Positions 1 through 8,032 of a DNA stretch of 41,293 nt are shown here, one piece after another. The number at the start of each line of letters is the position of its first letter. Position 1 is the stretch's first letter. The notes beneath the pieces were generated by a model. That model had not been told where the DNA came from. It worked only from the letters and a program-made list of their open reading frames with translations, and did no database searches. A program made the translations under genes and the position numbers. The DNA is from an uncultured Alphaproteobacteria bacterium (GTDB taxonomy: Bacteria > Pseudomonadota > Alphaproteobacteria > CAAHEQ01 > UBA3637): NCBI GenBank assembly GCA_944390205.1, contig CALXPF010000003.1, forward strand, positions 1-41,293, written 5' to 3'.

Positions 1-127
1 CGGTCAGCCTCAACAATTTAATCAGTCGGCCGTGTATTTTTATTTGTTCCGACCATGATACATAATGATTCCGCCATACAAGCGAATCTGACGATTCTCC
101 ATTTAAAAAAGCGGAAAGAAAAAGTCA

Positions 128-156
128 TTGCATTTATAGTCATACTTCATTATAAT
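128..156 (+). promoter_or_regulatory. sigma70-type promoter for the GT2-rml operon
   Basis: TTGCAT(128-133)-17 nt-TATAAT(151-156), upstream of GAGGA RBS and ATG 190. Confidence 0.6.
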
Positions 157-189
157 CGCTCCATAATAAGTTTCAATATGAGGACCTGA

Positions 190-1038
190 ATGAATCACCC
201 TAAAGTATCCGTGCTCATGCCGGTTTATAAGACGAATCCCGAACATTTAAAGTCGGCGATAGAATCTATTCTCAATCAAACGTTTAAGGATTTTGAATTT
301 GTGATTGTGGATGACTGTCCGAAAGACGATCGGGAAAAAATCATCAAATCGTTTAATGATGATCGCATCCGCTATGTTAAAAATAAAACGAATCTGGGAA
401 TTACCCCCAGTCGAAACAGGTTGATAGATATGGCTCGAGGCGAATATCTGGCTGTTTTTGATCATGATGACATATCTTTACCCGACCGATTGGAGGAACA
501 AGTCAAAGTTTTAGACACACATCCCGAGATTGGGGTTGTCGGATGTTATGTTGAAAGATTTCCCGACACAAAAACGGCTCGTTATCCGGAGCAGAATCAA
601 GATATTGAGTTTTATTTGATGCAAGGTTGCGCCATTGCTCATACGGGGGCGATGATTCGCAAATCGGCACTGGGAGAAATCCGCTATGAAGAAGAATTTA
701 CGCCCTGTGAAGATTACAGACTCTGGTGTCAACTGATCGGCAAAACAAAATTTTATAACATACCGAAAGTTTTGGTGAAATACCGTTGGTATGAAGGAAA
801 TACAAGTAAAAAACAATCGAAAAAGATGGCGGATGCTACAAAAAACATTCACACTTGGGTGCGTTCAAAACATTTTGCTCTTTGGGAGAAAGTTTGTACA
901 AAAGCACCGCATCTTGTTCGGCTCAAGCTGTTCGGAATTATTCCTTGCGGTAAATTTACTCAAAAAGGGAATAAGAGGAATGGACTTTTGAAATATATAC
1001 CCTTTGTAAGTATAAAAAGTAAACTGGAGGTCAAGTGA
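190..1038 (+). CDS. Glycosyltransferase family 2 (GT-A fold)
   Basis: KVSVLMPVY, IVDD, SRNRL..ARGEY and DHDD (DxD) motifs; CEDY; heads the rml cluster. Confidence 0.92.
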   Translation: MNHPKVSVLMPVYKTNPEHLKSAIESILNQTFKDFEFVIVDDCPKDDREKIIKSFNDDRIRYVKNKTNLGITPSRNRLIDMARGEYLAVFDHDDISLPDRLEEQVKVLDTHPEIGVVGCYVERFPDTKTARYPEQNQDIEFYLMQGCAIAHTGAMIRKSALGEIRYEEEFTPCEDYRLWCQLIGKTKFYNIPKVLVKYRWYEGNTSKKQSKKMADATKNIHTWVRSKHFALWEKVCTKAPHLVRLKLFGIIPCGKFTQKGNKRNGLLKYIPFVSIKSKLEVK

Positions 1039-1922
1039 AAGGAATTATTTTAGCGGGTGGTAGCGGAACACGATTATATCCTCTAACCCAAACAGTCTCA
1101 AAACAACTTTTACCTGTTTATGACAAACCGATGATTTACTATCCTTTATCCACGTTAATGCTATTCGGGATAACGGATATTTTGATTATTTCAACACCAA
1201 AAGACACTCCCCATATTCAAGAATTGTTTGGGGACGGCACCCAGTTAGGCATTCACATTCAATATGCCGTTCAGCCGGAGCCCAAAGGGATTGCTCAAGC
1301 GTTTACCATCGGGGCTGATTTTATCGGCAATGATGAAGTCTCTCTGATTTTGGGGGATAATATTTTTTATATGGGTGATCAACTTTACTCCTTTCAACAG
1401 ACGGTTTCAAAAAATCGGGAGAAATGTGCCACCATTTTTGCCTATCATGTTTCTGATCCGGAACGGTTTGGGATTGTGGAATTTGATCAAAATTTGAACG
1501 TTCTTTCCATCGAGGAGAAACCGACCTCCCCCAAATCTAATTATGCCTCGGCGGGACTTTATTTTTATCCATCCGATGTTGTGGAAAAAGCCAAAAAATT
1601 AAAACCATCTGCTCGAGGTGAATTGGAAATAACGGATTTAAACAATCTGTACCTCAAAGAAGGGCGGATGAGTGTCGTCCCGATGAGGCGTGGGAATGCT
1701 TGGTTAGATGCGGGAACACCGACCAGTTTGATGGAATCAAGTATTTTTGTTCAAATCATAGAAAAAAGACAGGGATTAAAAATTGCTTGTATTGAAGAAA
1801 TTGCCTACCGAAAAGGGTTTATCACGGATGCACAAATGAAATCTCTCATTGATCATGCAAAAGAGGGAGATTATAAAAAATATTTATTGAAAGTGTATGA
1901 GGAGTGTCATGAACTTTATTAA
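1035..1922 (+). CDS. rfbA: Glucose-1-phosphate thymidylyltransferase
   Basis: MKGIILAGGSGTRLYPLT, SKQLLPVYDKPMIYYPL, PSARGELEITD, WLDAGT; GTG start overlaps the upstream stop, RBS GGAGG. Confidence 0.97.
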   Translation: MKGIILAGGSGTRLYPLTQTVSKQLLPVYDKPMIYYPLSTLMLFGITDILIISTPKDTPHIQELFGDGTQLGIHIQYAVQPEPKGIAQAFTIGADFIGNDEVSLILGDNIFYMGDQLYSFQQTVSKNREKCATIFAYHVSDPERFGIVEFDQNLNVLSIEEKPTSPKSNYASAGLYFYPSDVVEKAKKLKPSARGELEITDLNNLYLKEGRMSVVPMRRGNAWLDAGTPTSLMESSIFVQIIEKRQGLKIACIEEIAYRKGFITDAQMKSLIDHAKEGDYKKYLLKVYEECHELY

Positions 1923-2462
1923 AACGAATATTGAGGGGGTTCTTATTATAGAACCTAAAATTTTTGAGGATGACCGTGGTTATTTTTTTGAAAGCTACAA
2001 TGAGCAAGAATTTATCGAAAACGGTATTTCGGCACGCTTTGTTCAAGATAACCAATCCAAATCTTCCTATGGGGTTATTCGTGGATTGCACTGTCAGTTA
2101 GGGGAACACGCACAAGCAAAACTTGTCCGTGTTTTGCAAGGAACGGTTTTAGACGTAGCTGTTGATACACGTCGGAATTCTCCGACATTCGGACAGTATA
2201 TTACAGTTGAATTATCAGAAGAAAACAAACGTCAGCTCTTTATCCCTCGCAACTTTTTACATGGATTTCGGTCCTTAGCGAGACTGCTGTCTTATCCTAC
2301 AAATGTGATAATCTCTACTGTAAGGAATCTGAATTTACCGTTCGATATGATGATCCGGAAATCGGTGTAGATTGGTTAATTCCGGATTCGAAAATTATCA
2401 TATCGCAAAAAGATCGTTTAGCAAGCAAAAAATTGAAGGATATTTTAACATATGAGCAATAA
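1909..2462 (+). pseudogene. rfbC: dTDP-4-dehydrorhamnose 3,5-epimerase, split by a 1-nt frameshift at about 2266-2269 (true pseudogene or sequence error)
   Basis: DDRGYFFESY, QDNQS.S..GVIRGLH, QAKLVRV up to LHGF; adding one T restores SVLSETAVLSYKCDNLY...RYDDPEIGVDW...ISQKD ending TAA 2460-2462; ATG 1909 has RBS GAGGAG. Confidence 0.88.
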
Positions 2463-3282
2463 CGTATTGATAACGGGAGCAAACGGGCAATTGGGTTGCG
2501 AATTACAAGCCCTGTTGCCGGAAGTGATTCTAACGGATGTGAGCACTCTTGATATCACAGATTTAGAGGCGGTAAAAGCATTTATCACTGACCATCAGAT
2601 AGAAACCGTTATCAACTGTGCTGCTTACACGGCCGTTGATAAAGCCGAAGATGAACCGGAGCTGGCAGCTAAAATTAACACGCTCGGTCCTGCAAATCTG
2701 GCTAAATCCGGAGCAAAAATAATTCATATTTCAACAGATTATGTTTTTGACGGGAAAAATTATAAACCTTATACGGAAGAAGATACACCTAATCCCATTT
2801 CAATATACGGTAAAACAAAGTGGGCCGGTGAAAAAGCCGTACTCGACAATGCCGAAATTGCCATCATCATTCGCACTGCATGGCTTTATTCATCTCACGG
2901 CAACAACTTTGTAAAAACAATGCGCCGACTGGGTTCCGAGAAAACTTCTTTAAATGTCGTGACAGATCAAATCGGAAGCCCCACTTATGCAGGTGATTTG
3001 GCCAAAGCAATTATCGCCATTTTACCGCAGATGAATAAAAAGAATAACGGGATATATCATTATACAAATGAAGGGGTTTGTTCTTGGTATGATTTTGCGA
3101 CAAAAATCATGGATCTATCGGGGTTAAATTGCAGGATCAATCCAATTCCTTCCTCAGACTATCCCACAAAGGCAAATCGTCCGTTTTACAGTGTTTTAAA
3201 CAAATCTAAAATTAAATCAACTTTTGGAATTGAAATTCCACATTGGGAAAAGGGGTTAAAAAAATGTCTCAAACAGTTCTAA
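2452..3282 (+). CDS. rfbD: dTDP-4-dehydrorhamnose reductase
   Basis: LITGANGQLG, NCAAYTAVDKAE, HISTDYVFDG, YGKTK, DQIGSPT. Confidence 0.96.
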   Translation: MSNNVLITGANGQLGCELQALLPEVILTDVSTLDITDLEAVKAFITDHQIETVINCAAYTAVDKAEDEPELAAKINTLGPANLAKSGAKIIHISTDYVFDGKNYKPYTEEDTPNPISIYGKTKWAGEKAVLDNAEIAIIIRTAWLYSSHGNNFVKTMRRLGSEKTSLNVVTDQIGSPTYAGDLAKAIIAILPQMNKKNNGIYHYTNEGVCSWYDFATKIMDLSGLNCRINPIPSSDYPTKANRPFYSVLNKSKIKSTFGIEIPHWEKGLKKCLKQF

Positions 3283-4271
3283 TAACCGGAGGGGCCGGTT
3301 TTATCGGATCTAATTTTGTGCCGTACTTCTGTCAAAAATATCCGAATGATCATATTATCAACTTGGATAAGTTAACCTATGCAGGGAATCTCGATAATTT
3401 AAAAGAATGCGAAACGATGAGTAATTATACCTTTATTCAAGGAGACATTTGCGATCGAGCTTTAATTGAAAAATTATTTGTCGAAAATGACATTCGCGGA
3501 GTCATTCACTTTGCGGCCGAAAGTCATGTGGATAATTCCATTAAGAATCCGGGGGCATTTATTAAAACCAACATTGAAGGCACGTTTAATTTGATCGATG
3601 TCGCGTTTCGGCATTGGATGGAGGGGCCAAGCAAAGCCAAACCGGGCTATGAAAGCTGTCGGTTCCACCATATTTCGACAGATGAGGTTTATGGGGCGTT
3701 GGGTCAAGAAGGATACTTTACCGAGAAAACACCCTATGCACCAAACAGTCCGTATTCTGCCAGTAAAGCCGGTTCGGACTTTATCGTCAGAGCCTATCAC
3801 CATACATTCGGAATGAATGTGACAACATCCAATTGTTCCAACAACTATGGTCCCAAACAACATCCCGAAAAGCTGATTCCGCACATTATTCAAAAAGCAC
3901 TTGCCGAACAACCATTACCCATTTATGGAAAAGGAGATAATGTTCGAGACTGGCTATACGTTTTAGATCACTGCAAGGCAATAGATCTCATCTATCATAC
4001 GGGAAAATCCGGCGAGACCTATAATGTCGGCGGGCACAATGAACGCAACAATATCACGATTGTTAAAACAATCTGCTCCATCTTGGATGAAAAAAGACCT
4101 CGAGCCAACGGTCAAAAATACGAAGATCTGATTACTTTCGTTCCGGATCGCGCCGGACATGATTTTCGTTATGCCATTGATGCGACAAAACTGGAAACCG
4201 AACTCGGCTGGAAAGCGGAAGAAACTTTTGATACCGGCATTATCAAAACCGTAGAATGGTATTTAAAATAA
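3264..4271 (+). CDS. rfbB: dTDP-glucose 4,6-dehydratase
   Basis: TGGAGFIGSNF, DKLTYAGN, HFAAESHVD, HISTDEVYG, PYSASKA; ATG 3264 preferred over TTG 3243. Confidence 0.97.
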   Translation: MSQTVLITGGAGFIGSNFVPYFCQKYPNDHIINLDKLTYAGNLDNLKECETMSNYTFIQGDICDRALIEKLFVENDIRGVIHFAAESHVDNSIKNPGAFIKTNIEGTFNLIDVAFRHWMEGPSKAKPGYESCRFHHISTDEVYGALGQEGYFTEKTPYAPNSPYSASKAGSDFIVRAYHHTFGMNVTTSNCSNNYGPKQHPEKLIPHIIQKALAEQPLPIYGKGDNVRDWLYVLDHCKAIDLIYHTGKSGETYNVGGHNERNNITIVKTICSILDEKRPRANGQKYEDLITFVPDRAGHDFRYAIDATKLETELGWKAEETFDTGIIKTVEWYLK

Positions 4272-4493
4272 AGACCGATTCAGCGTATCTCCTTCCCTCG
4301 CCCGAACGTTTGATCGAATCGATGAAACGCCTATCGAAAGCAGATTGAGACCAAATTCGGATTCGCTTGAATTTTGTATTTCTCTATTAAATGGAAAATC
4401 GAATCTCCAAGCGATATCTCATAACTTGCTTTTTCTTTTAGGTAAATCCCTCAAAGCTCAAAACAATCAGATGGATCTGTTTATTTGATTATT

Positions 4494-6008
4494 CTAATAA
4501 GACCGTGCATAAATAACATCGAGCGTGGCTTTTTTATTTGTCAACAAACAAACACCCTCTTCATGCGTTTGATCTTCCGGAATACACCGAATGGATATTT
4601 TCATTTCTTTCATTTTTTCGACCGTCTCCGGATCTTCGCACCACTTTCCGCGAACAAAGGCAACCTTTCCTTCAGAACCATCAATCCAAGAATTTTGATG
4701 AGAGAAATAGGCTTGCATTTCTTCGGCCGTCTTAATATCCGTCCGTTGATTTTCTTTCAATCGTTTATCGGCCGCCTGATACAATTCCTGATGAAACGTC
4801 CCCAATCTTTCCGAGACCGTTTGCACAAAATCATCAAAAGAAACAACTTTTTTCCAATCGGGCGTATTGATCTTATTTCTGGTTCTGAGCATTAAACCAT
4901 TGTTTTGAATGTCTCTGGCTCCAACCTCGCAAACAAGAGGAGCTCCTTTTCTGGTCCACTCCCACATTTTATCAACCGCCTCTTTATCTCTTTCATCCAC
5001 CTTAACACGCAGTTTTTCGCCGTCATAGATCTGAGAAGATAAAGCAGAAGCTAATTTATGAGCATATGCCAGAATCTCCTCTTTTTGAGACTTATCCTTA
5101 ATAATCGGAACAATAATAACCTGTTGCGGAGCAATTTTCGGCGGAACGACCATTCCCTCATCATCAGCATGGGTCATAATGAGACTTCCGATTAAACGCG
5201 TTGTGACCCCCCAAGAGGTTGTATAAGCATATTCTTGTTTTCCTTCATTATTTTGGAAACGAATATTAGCTGATTTTGCAAAATTTTGTCCCAAGAAATG
5301 AGAGGTTCCGGCTTGTAAAGCTCGCCCGTCTTGCATCATGGCTTCGATACAATAGGTATCCACGGCCCCCGGAAACTTTTCATGCTCCGGCTTTCGTCCT
5401 TTGATAACCGGCATGGCCAAAGCATTTTGAGCGACTTTAGCATAAACATCCAACATTGTTTTAGCCTCTTTTTCGGCTTCTTCATAAGTGGCATGAGCCG
5501 TATGCCCTTCTTGCCACAAGAATTCACGTGTTCTTAAGAACAATCGCGGTCTCATTTCCCATCGAACGACATTGGCCCACTGATTGATCATAACAGGCAA
5601 ATCCCGATATGACTTAACCCATTTTGAAAAAGAATCGGCAATAATCGTCTCAGATGTCGGACGCACAATCAAGGGTTCTTCCAATTTACCGTCAGGCGTT
5701 AACTTTCCATCTTGCATGGTCAGACGACTATGCGTGACAATAGCCATTTCTTTGGCAAACCCTTCGACATTGTCGGCCTTTTTGTGGAAAGAGCTTAAGG
5801 GAATGAACAAGGGGAAATAACAATTTTCATGACCGGTTTCTTTAATTTTATCATCAAGAACCCGTTGAATTCGCTCCCAAATACCATATCCCCACGGACG
5901 AATCACCATACACCCCGGAGAAGAGGAGACTTCAGCCATATCGGCGACACTAATAACATTTTGATACCAATCCGGATAATTGCTTCCTCTGGTGCTTTTC
6001 AACGGCAT
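4494..6008 (-). CDS. proS: Proline-tRNA ligase (archaeal/eukaryote-like type)
   Basis: VRPTSET, QWANVVRWEMRPRLFLRTREFLWQEGHT, QAGTSHFLGQNF, C-terminal ARSY. Confidence 0.96.
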   Translation of the reverse strand: MPLKSTRGSNYPDWYQNVISVADMAEVSSSPGCMVIRPWGYGIWERIQRVLDDKIKETGHENCYFPLFIPLSSFHKKADNVEGFAKEMAIVTHSRLTMQDGKLTPDGKLEEPLIVRPTSETIIADSFSKWVKSYRDLPVMINQWANVVRWEMRPRLFLRTREFLWQEGHTAHATYEEAEKEAKTMLDVYAKVAQNALAMPVIKGRKPEHEKFPGAVDTYCIEAMMQDGRALQAGTSHFLGQNFAKSANIRFQNNEGKQEYAYTTSWGVTTRLIGSLIMTHADDEGMVVPPKIAPQQVIIVPIIKDKSQKEEILAYAHKLASALSSQIYDGEKLRVKVDERDKEAVDKMWEWTRKGAPLVCEVGARDIQNNGLMLRTRNKINTPDWKKVVSFDDFVQTVSERLGTFHQELYQAADKRLKENQRTDIKTAEEMQAYFSHQNSWIDGSEGKVAFVRGKWCEDPETVEKMKEMKISIRCIPEDQTHEEGVCLLTNKKATLDVIYARSY

Positions 6009-6070
6009 TTTTTTAACCTTCCTTGAATAATAAAAAATAAAAAGCGATAAAACCTAAAAAAACGGCCTTA

Positions 6071-6099
6071 TTTTTAGCACAACCCCCTTTCATTGTCAA
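6071..6099 (-). promoter_or_regulatory. Probable proS promoter
   Basis: minus strand TTGACA(6099-6094)-17 nt-TAAAAA with upstream TG (extended -10). Confidence 0.5.
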
Positions 6100-6181
6100 G
6101 CAGGAGCAAAAGCGACAATACGATTTTATTAAAGGAATACCCCAACAAAGAAAATCTCCGTTCAATTTTGTATAACAGCAT

Positions 6182-6222
6182 TTTAAAATTTAATTGACAA
6201 TTAAATTTTAAATAATTATTTT
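6182..6222 (+). promoter_or_regulatory. Promoter facing the CRISPR array, with its -35 at the centre of a perfect 31-bp palindrome
   Basis: TTTAAAATTTAATTG-A-CAATTAAATTTTAAA (6182-6212); TTGACA 6194-6199, 17 nt, TATTTT 6217-6222. Confidence 0.5.
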
Positions 6223-6295
6223 AAATTTTGTTTTAATATACAAAAAGAGAAGAGAGTCAGAAACACCAACGCTCAATTATTATGAACGATCTGTA

Positions 6296-6331
6296 ATTAC
6301 CCATGAGACTCTAAAAGCAACATACTGTCAT
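6296..6331 (+). repeat. Degenerate terminal CRISPR repeat
   Basis: ATTACCCATGAGACTCTAAAAGCAACATACTGTCAT, 19/36 ungapped identity to the consensus, exactly 30 nt before the first intact repeat. Confidence 0.7.
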
Positions 6332-6361
6332 ATCGAATACACAATACTCTAGCTTTGAATG

Positions 6362-6662
6362 GTTGCGACTTGACATCTAAATCCAATATGCTACAATATG
6401 ATTGGTGAAAGCAAAATTAAAGACATTGTTGCGACTTGACATCTAAATCCAATATGCTACAATGGCACGTGTTCGTTATTGTTAAAGCTAGGTGTTGCGA
6501 CTTGACATCTAAATCCAATATGCTACAATAGAAGAACTTGAACAACAATTTGCTTCGGCGGTTGCGACTTGACATCTAAATCCAATATGCTACAATTTAC
6601 TGTTGACTACAATCATTCGTGTATCTGTTGCGACTTGACATCTAAATCCAATATGCTACAAT
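6362..6662 (+). CRISPR. Type II-C CRISPR array: 5 identical 36-nt repeats GTTGCGACTTGACATCTAAATCCAATATGCTACAAT and 4 spacers (30, 30, 31, 30 nt), plus a 30-nt spacer at 6332-6361
   Basis: Repeats start at 6362, 6428, 6494, 6561, 6627; unique spacers; adjacent to cas2; + orientation from the TGCTACAAT 3' end and tracrRNA complementarity. Confidence 0.98.
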
Positions 6663-6663
6663 C

Positions 6664-6710
6664 AATCAGCCCATTTCCTAGGAAAATAAGGTAATTGGGC
6701 TGGTTTTTTA
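6664..6710 (+). terminator. Intrinsic terminator immediately after the last repeat
   Basis: AATCAGCCCA(6664-6673) pairs with TGGGCTGGTT(6696-6705), followed by a T-run. Confidence 0.7.
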
Positions 6711-6785
6711 TTTTGAAAAATCATTTTTTTGACCTTTTTTACACCACAAAAAATACATTTTTTTCAGAAAAATTATGCTTAAAAA

Positions 6786-7127
6786 TTAGAACAACTCAAA
6801 CTGATTTGGCTCTTTTTTAAGTAATTTTTCTTTCCGATTCGTAATGTGAATAATGTTGGAAAATTGCTTATCTGTGAAAAAAAGGATATTTACATCTCCA
6901 TAAGCCGGATTATTTTTTTTTATAGCTCGCACAAATTTTTGTGAACTTTCCCAAGTCCCAGTAAATTGAACATAAACAGATAATTGAACCATCTCAAATC
7001 CTTCATCCAATAAAAAATTTCTAAATCTCGAAGCTGATTTTCTTTCTTCTACTGTTTCTGTCGGCAAATCAAACATTACCATCATCCACATCAGCTTCCT
7101 CCCATTTATATACTCTTTCGTTATCAA
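6786..7127 (-). CDS. cas2: CRISPR-associated endonuclease Cas2
   Basis: MWMMVMFDLPT, FRNFLLDEGFEMVQLSVY, TDKQF, C-terminal QFELF typical of type II Cas2. Confidence 0.96.
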   Translation of the reverse strand: MITKEYINGRKLMWMMVMFDLPTETVEERKSASRFRNFLLDEGFEMVQLSVYVQFTGTWESSQKFVRAIKKNNPAYGDVNILFFTDKQFSNIIHITNRKEKLLKKEPNQFELF

Positions 7128-8032
7128 ACCAGCTTTTCCTCAAATAAGTATTTATTAAAATTAAAATTTATTTCTTTTGTCTTATAGATTCTCACCAAAT
7201 CCCAAACCAATTGTTGCAAAATCATATACAATGGAGAATTCCCATTTCCATTGTAAAATTCTTTTATAATTAATCCTGATAATCGCTCCTTATGTTGCGG
7301 TAATATCTCAGATAAATCTACTTTTGTTTCATAAAGCTGATAAACATAAGCATCTACAAGAGGTCGAAACGGTTCAATTAAATCATCAACCAAACAAAAT
7401 GGATTCAATTTATTTCTATGACCTATACCATAACAAGGATTCAGGCCTGATGCCACGACATATCTGGCTATAGTTGCTCTCAAAATCGCATATCCATAGT
7501 TTAAAAAAGCATTGATTCCAGATGTACCTCTATCCCTTACGAATTTTTCTCCGAATAGTGCTTTAAAATATAATTTTGAAGCATATCCCTCTCTGTTTGT
7601 CTTATCCCCCGATAAAACAGTTTTATGCATATTAACTAATCGATTTTCTTTATTAAAGAGACTTAATACACGTGATTGATTTTTGATCTTTTCTTGTATA
7701 ATAATCTGCCATAATTTCTTTTCCAATGGCTTTTTATTTTCTATCTGCAAATATTGTATTTCTGTTTGTTTACTCTGACCAATATAGGAAAGAAGAAAAC
7801 CGCTTGGAAGATAATTCTTATCCAGAATCATAAGAGGGATATTCTCTTCACATAAACGTTGTAATAAATTATTTGTATAAATCACGCCATATCCACTCAC
7901 AAATATTGTATGAATAGAATGAAAGGGAATGTCCGATCTAACATCCCCCTCATCGGTTTCTATACGAAGAAAGCCCCTATATACACTTAATCTGCGATTA
8001 TTTCCTGAAATTTCAACAATTTTGTTTCCCAT
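7124..8032 (-). CDS. cas1: CRISPR-associated integrase Cas1 (type II)
   Basis: SGDKTNREG, YFKALFG, INAFLNYGYAILR, GIGH, LVDDLIEPFRP; ATG 8032 preferred as start. Confidence 0.96.
   Translation of the reverse strand: MGNKIVEISGNNRRLSVYRGFLRIETDEGDVRSDIPFHSIHTIFVSGYGVIYTNNLLQRLCEENIPLMILDKNYLPSGFLLSYIGQSKQTEIQYLQIENKKPLEKKLWQIIIQEKIKNQSRVLSLFNKENRLVNMHKTVLSGDKTNREGYASKLYFKALFGEKFVRDRGTSGINAFLNYGYAILRATIARYVVASGLNPCYGIGHRNKLNPFCLVDDLIEPFRPLVDAYVYQLYETKVDLSEILPQHKERLSGLIIKEFYNGNGNSPLYMILQQLVWDLVRIYKTKEINFNFNKYLFEEKLV

Noticed and set aside
2251-2270. Programmed frameshift or phase-variable tract in rmlC
   Set aside because: The run is only 3-4 T, with no X XXY YYZ heptamer at the shift point
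6282-6314. Micro-ORFs MNDL* and MRL* as a CreT-like RNA toxin
   Set aside because: No convincing RBS spacing, only one AGA codon and no stabilising hairpin
6602-6613. GTTGACTACAAT inside the last spacer looks like fused repeat ends
   Set aside because: The spacer has the normal 30-nt length; the short match is plausibly chance
6332-6626. Self-targeting spacers within the window
   Set aside because: Only matches of about 10 nt or less were noticed by eye; not exhaustive without alignment
6663-6785. csn2 or cas4 (type II-A/II-B)
   Set aside because: Only about 120 nt of non-coding DNA lie between cas2 and the array
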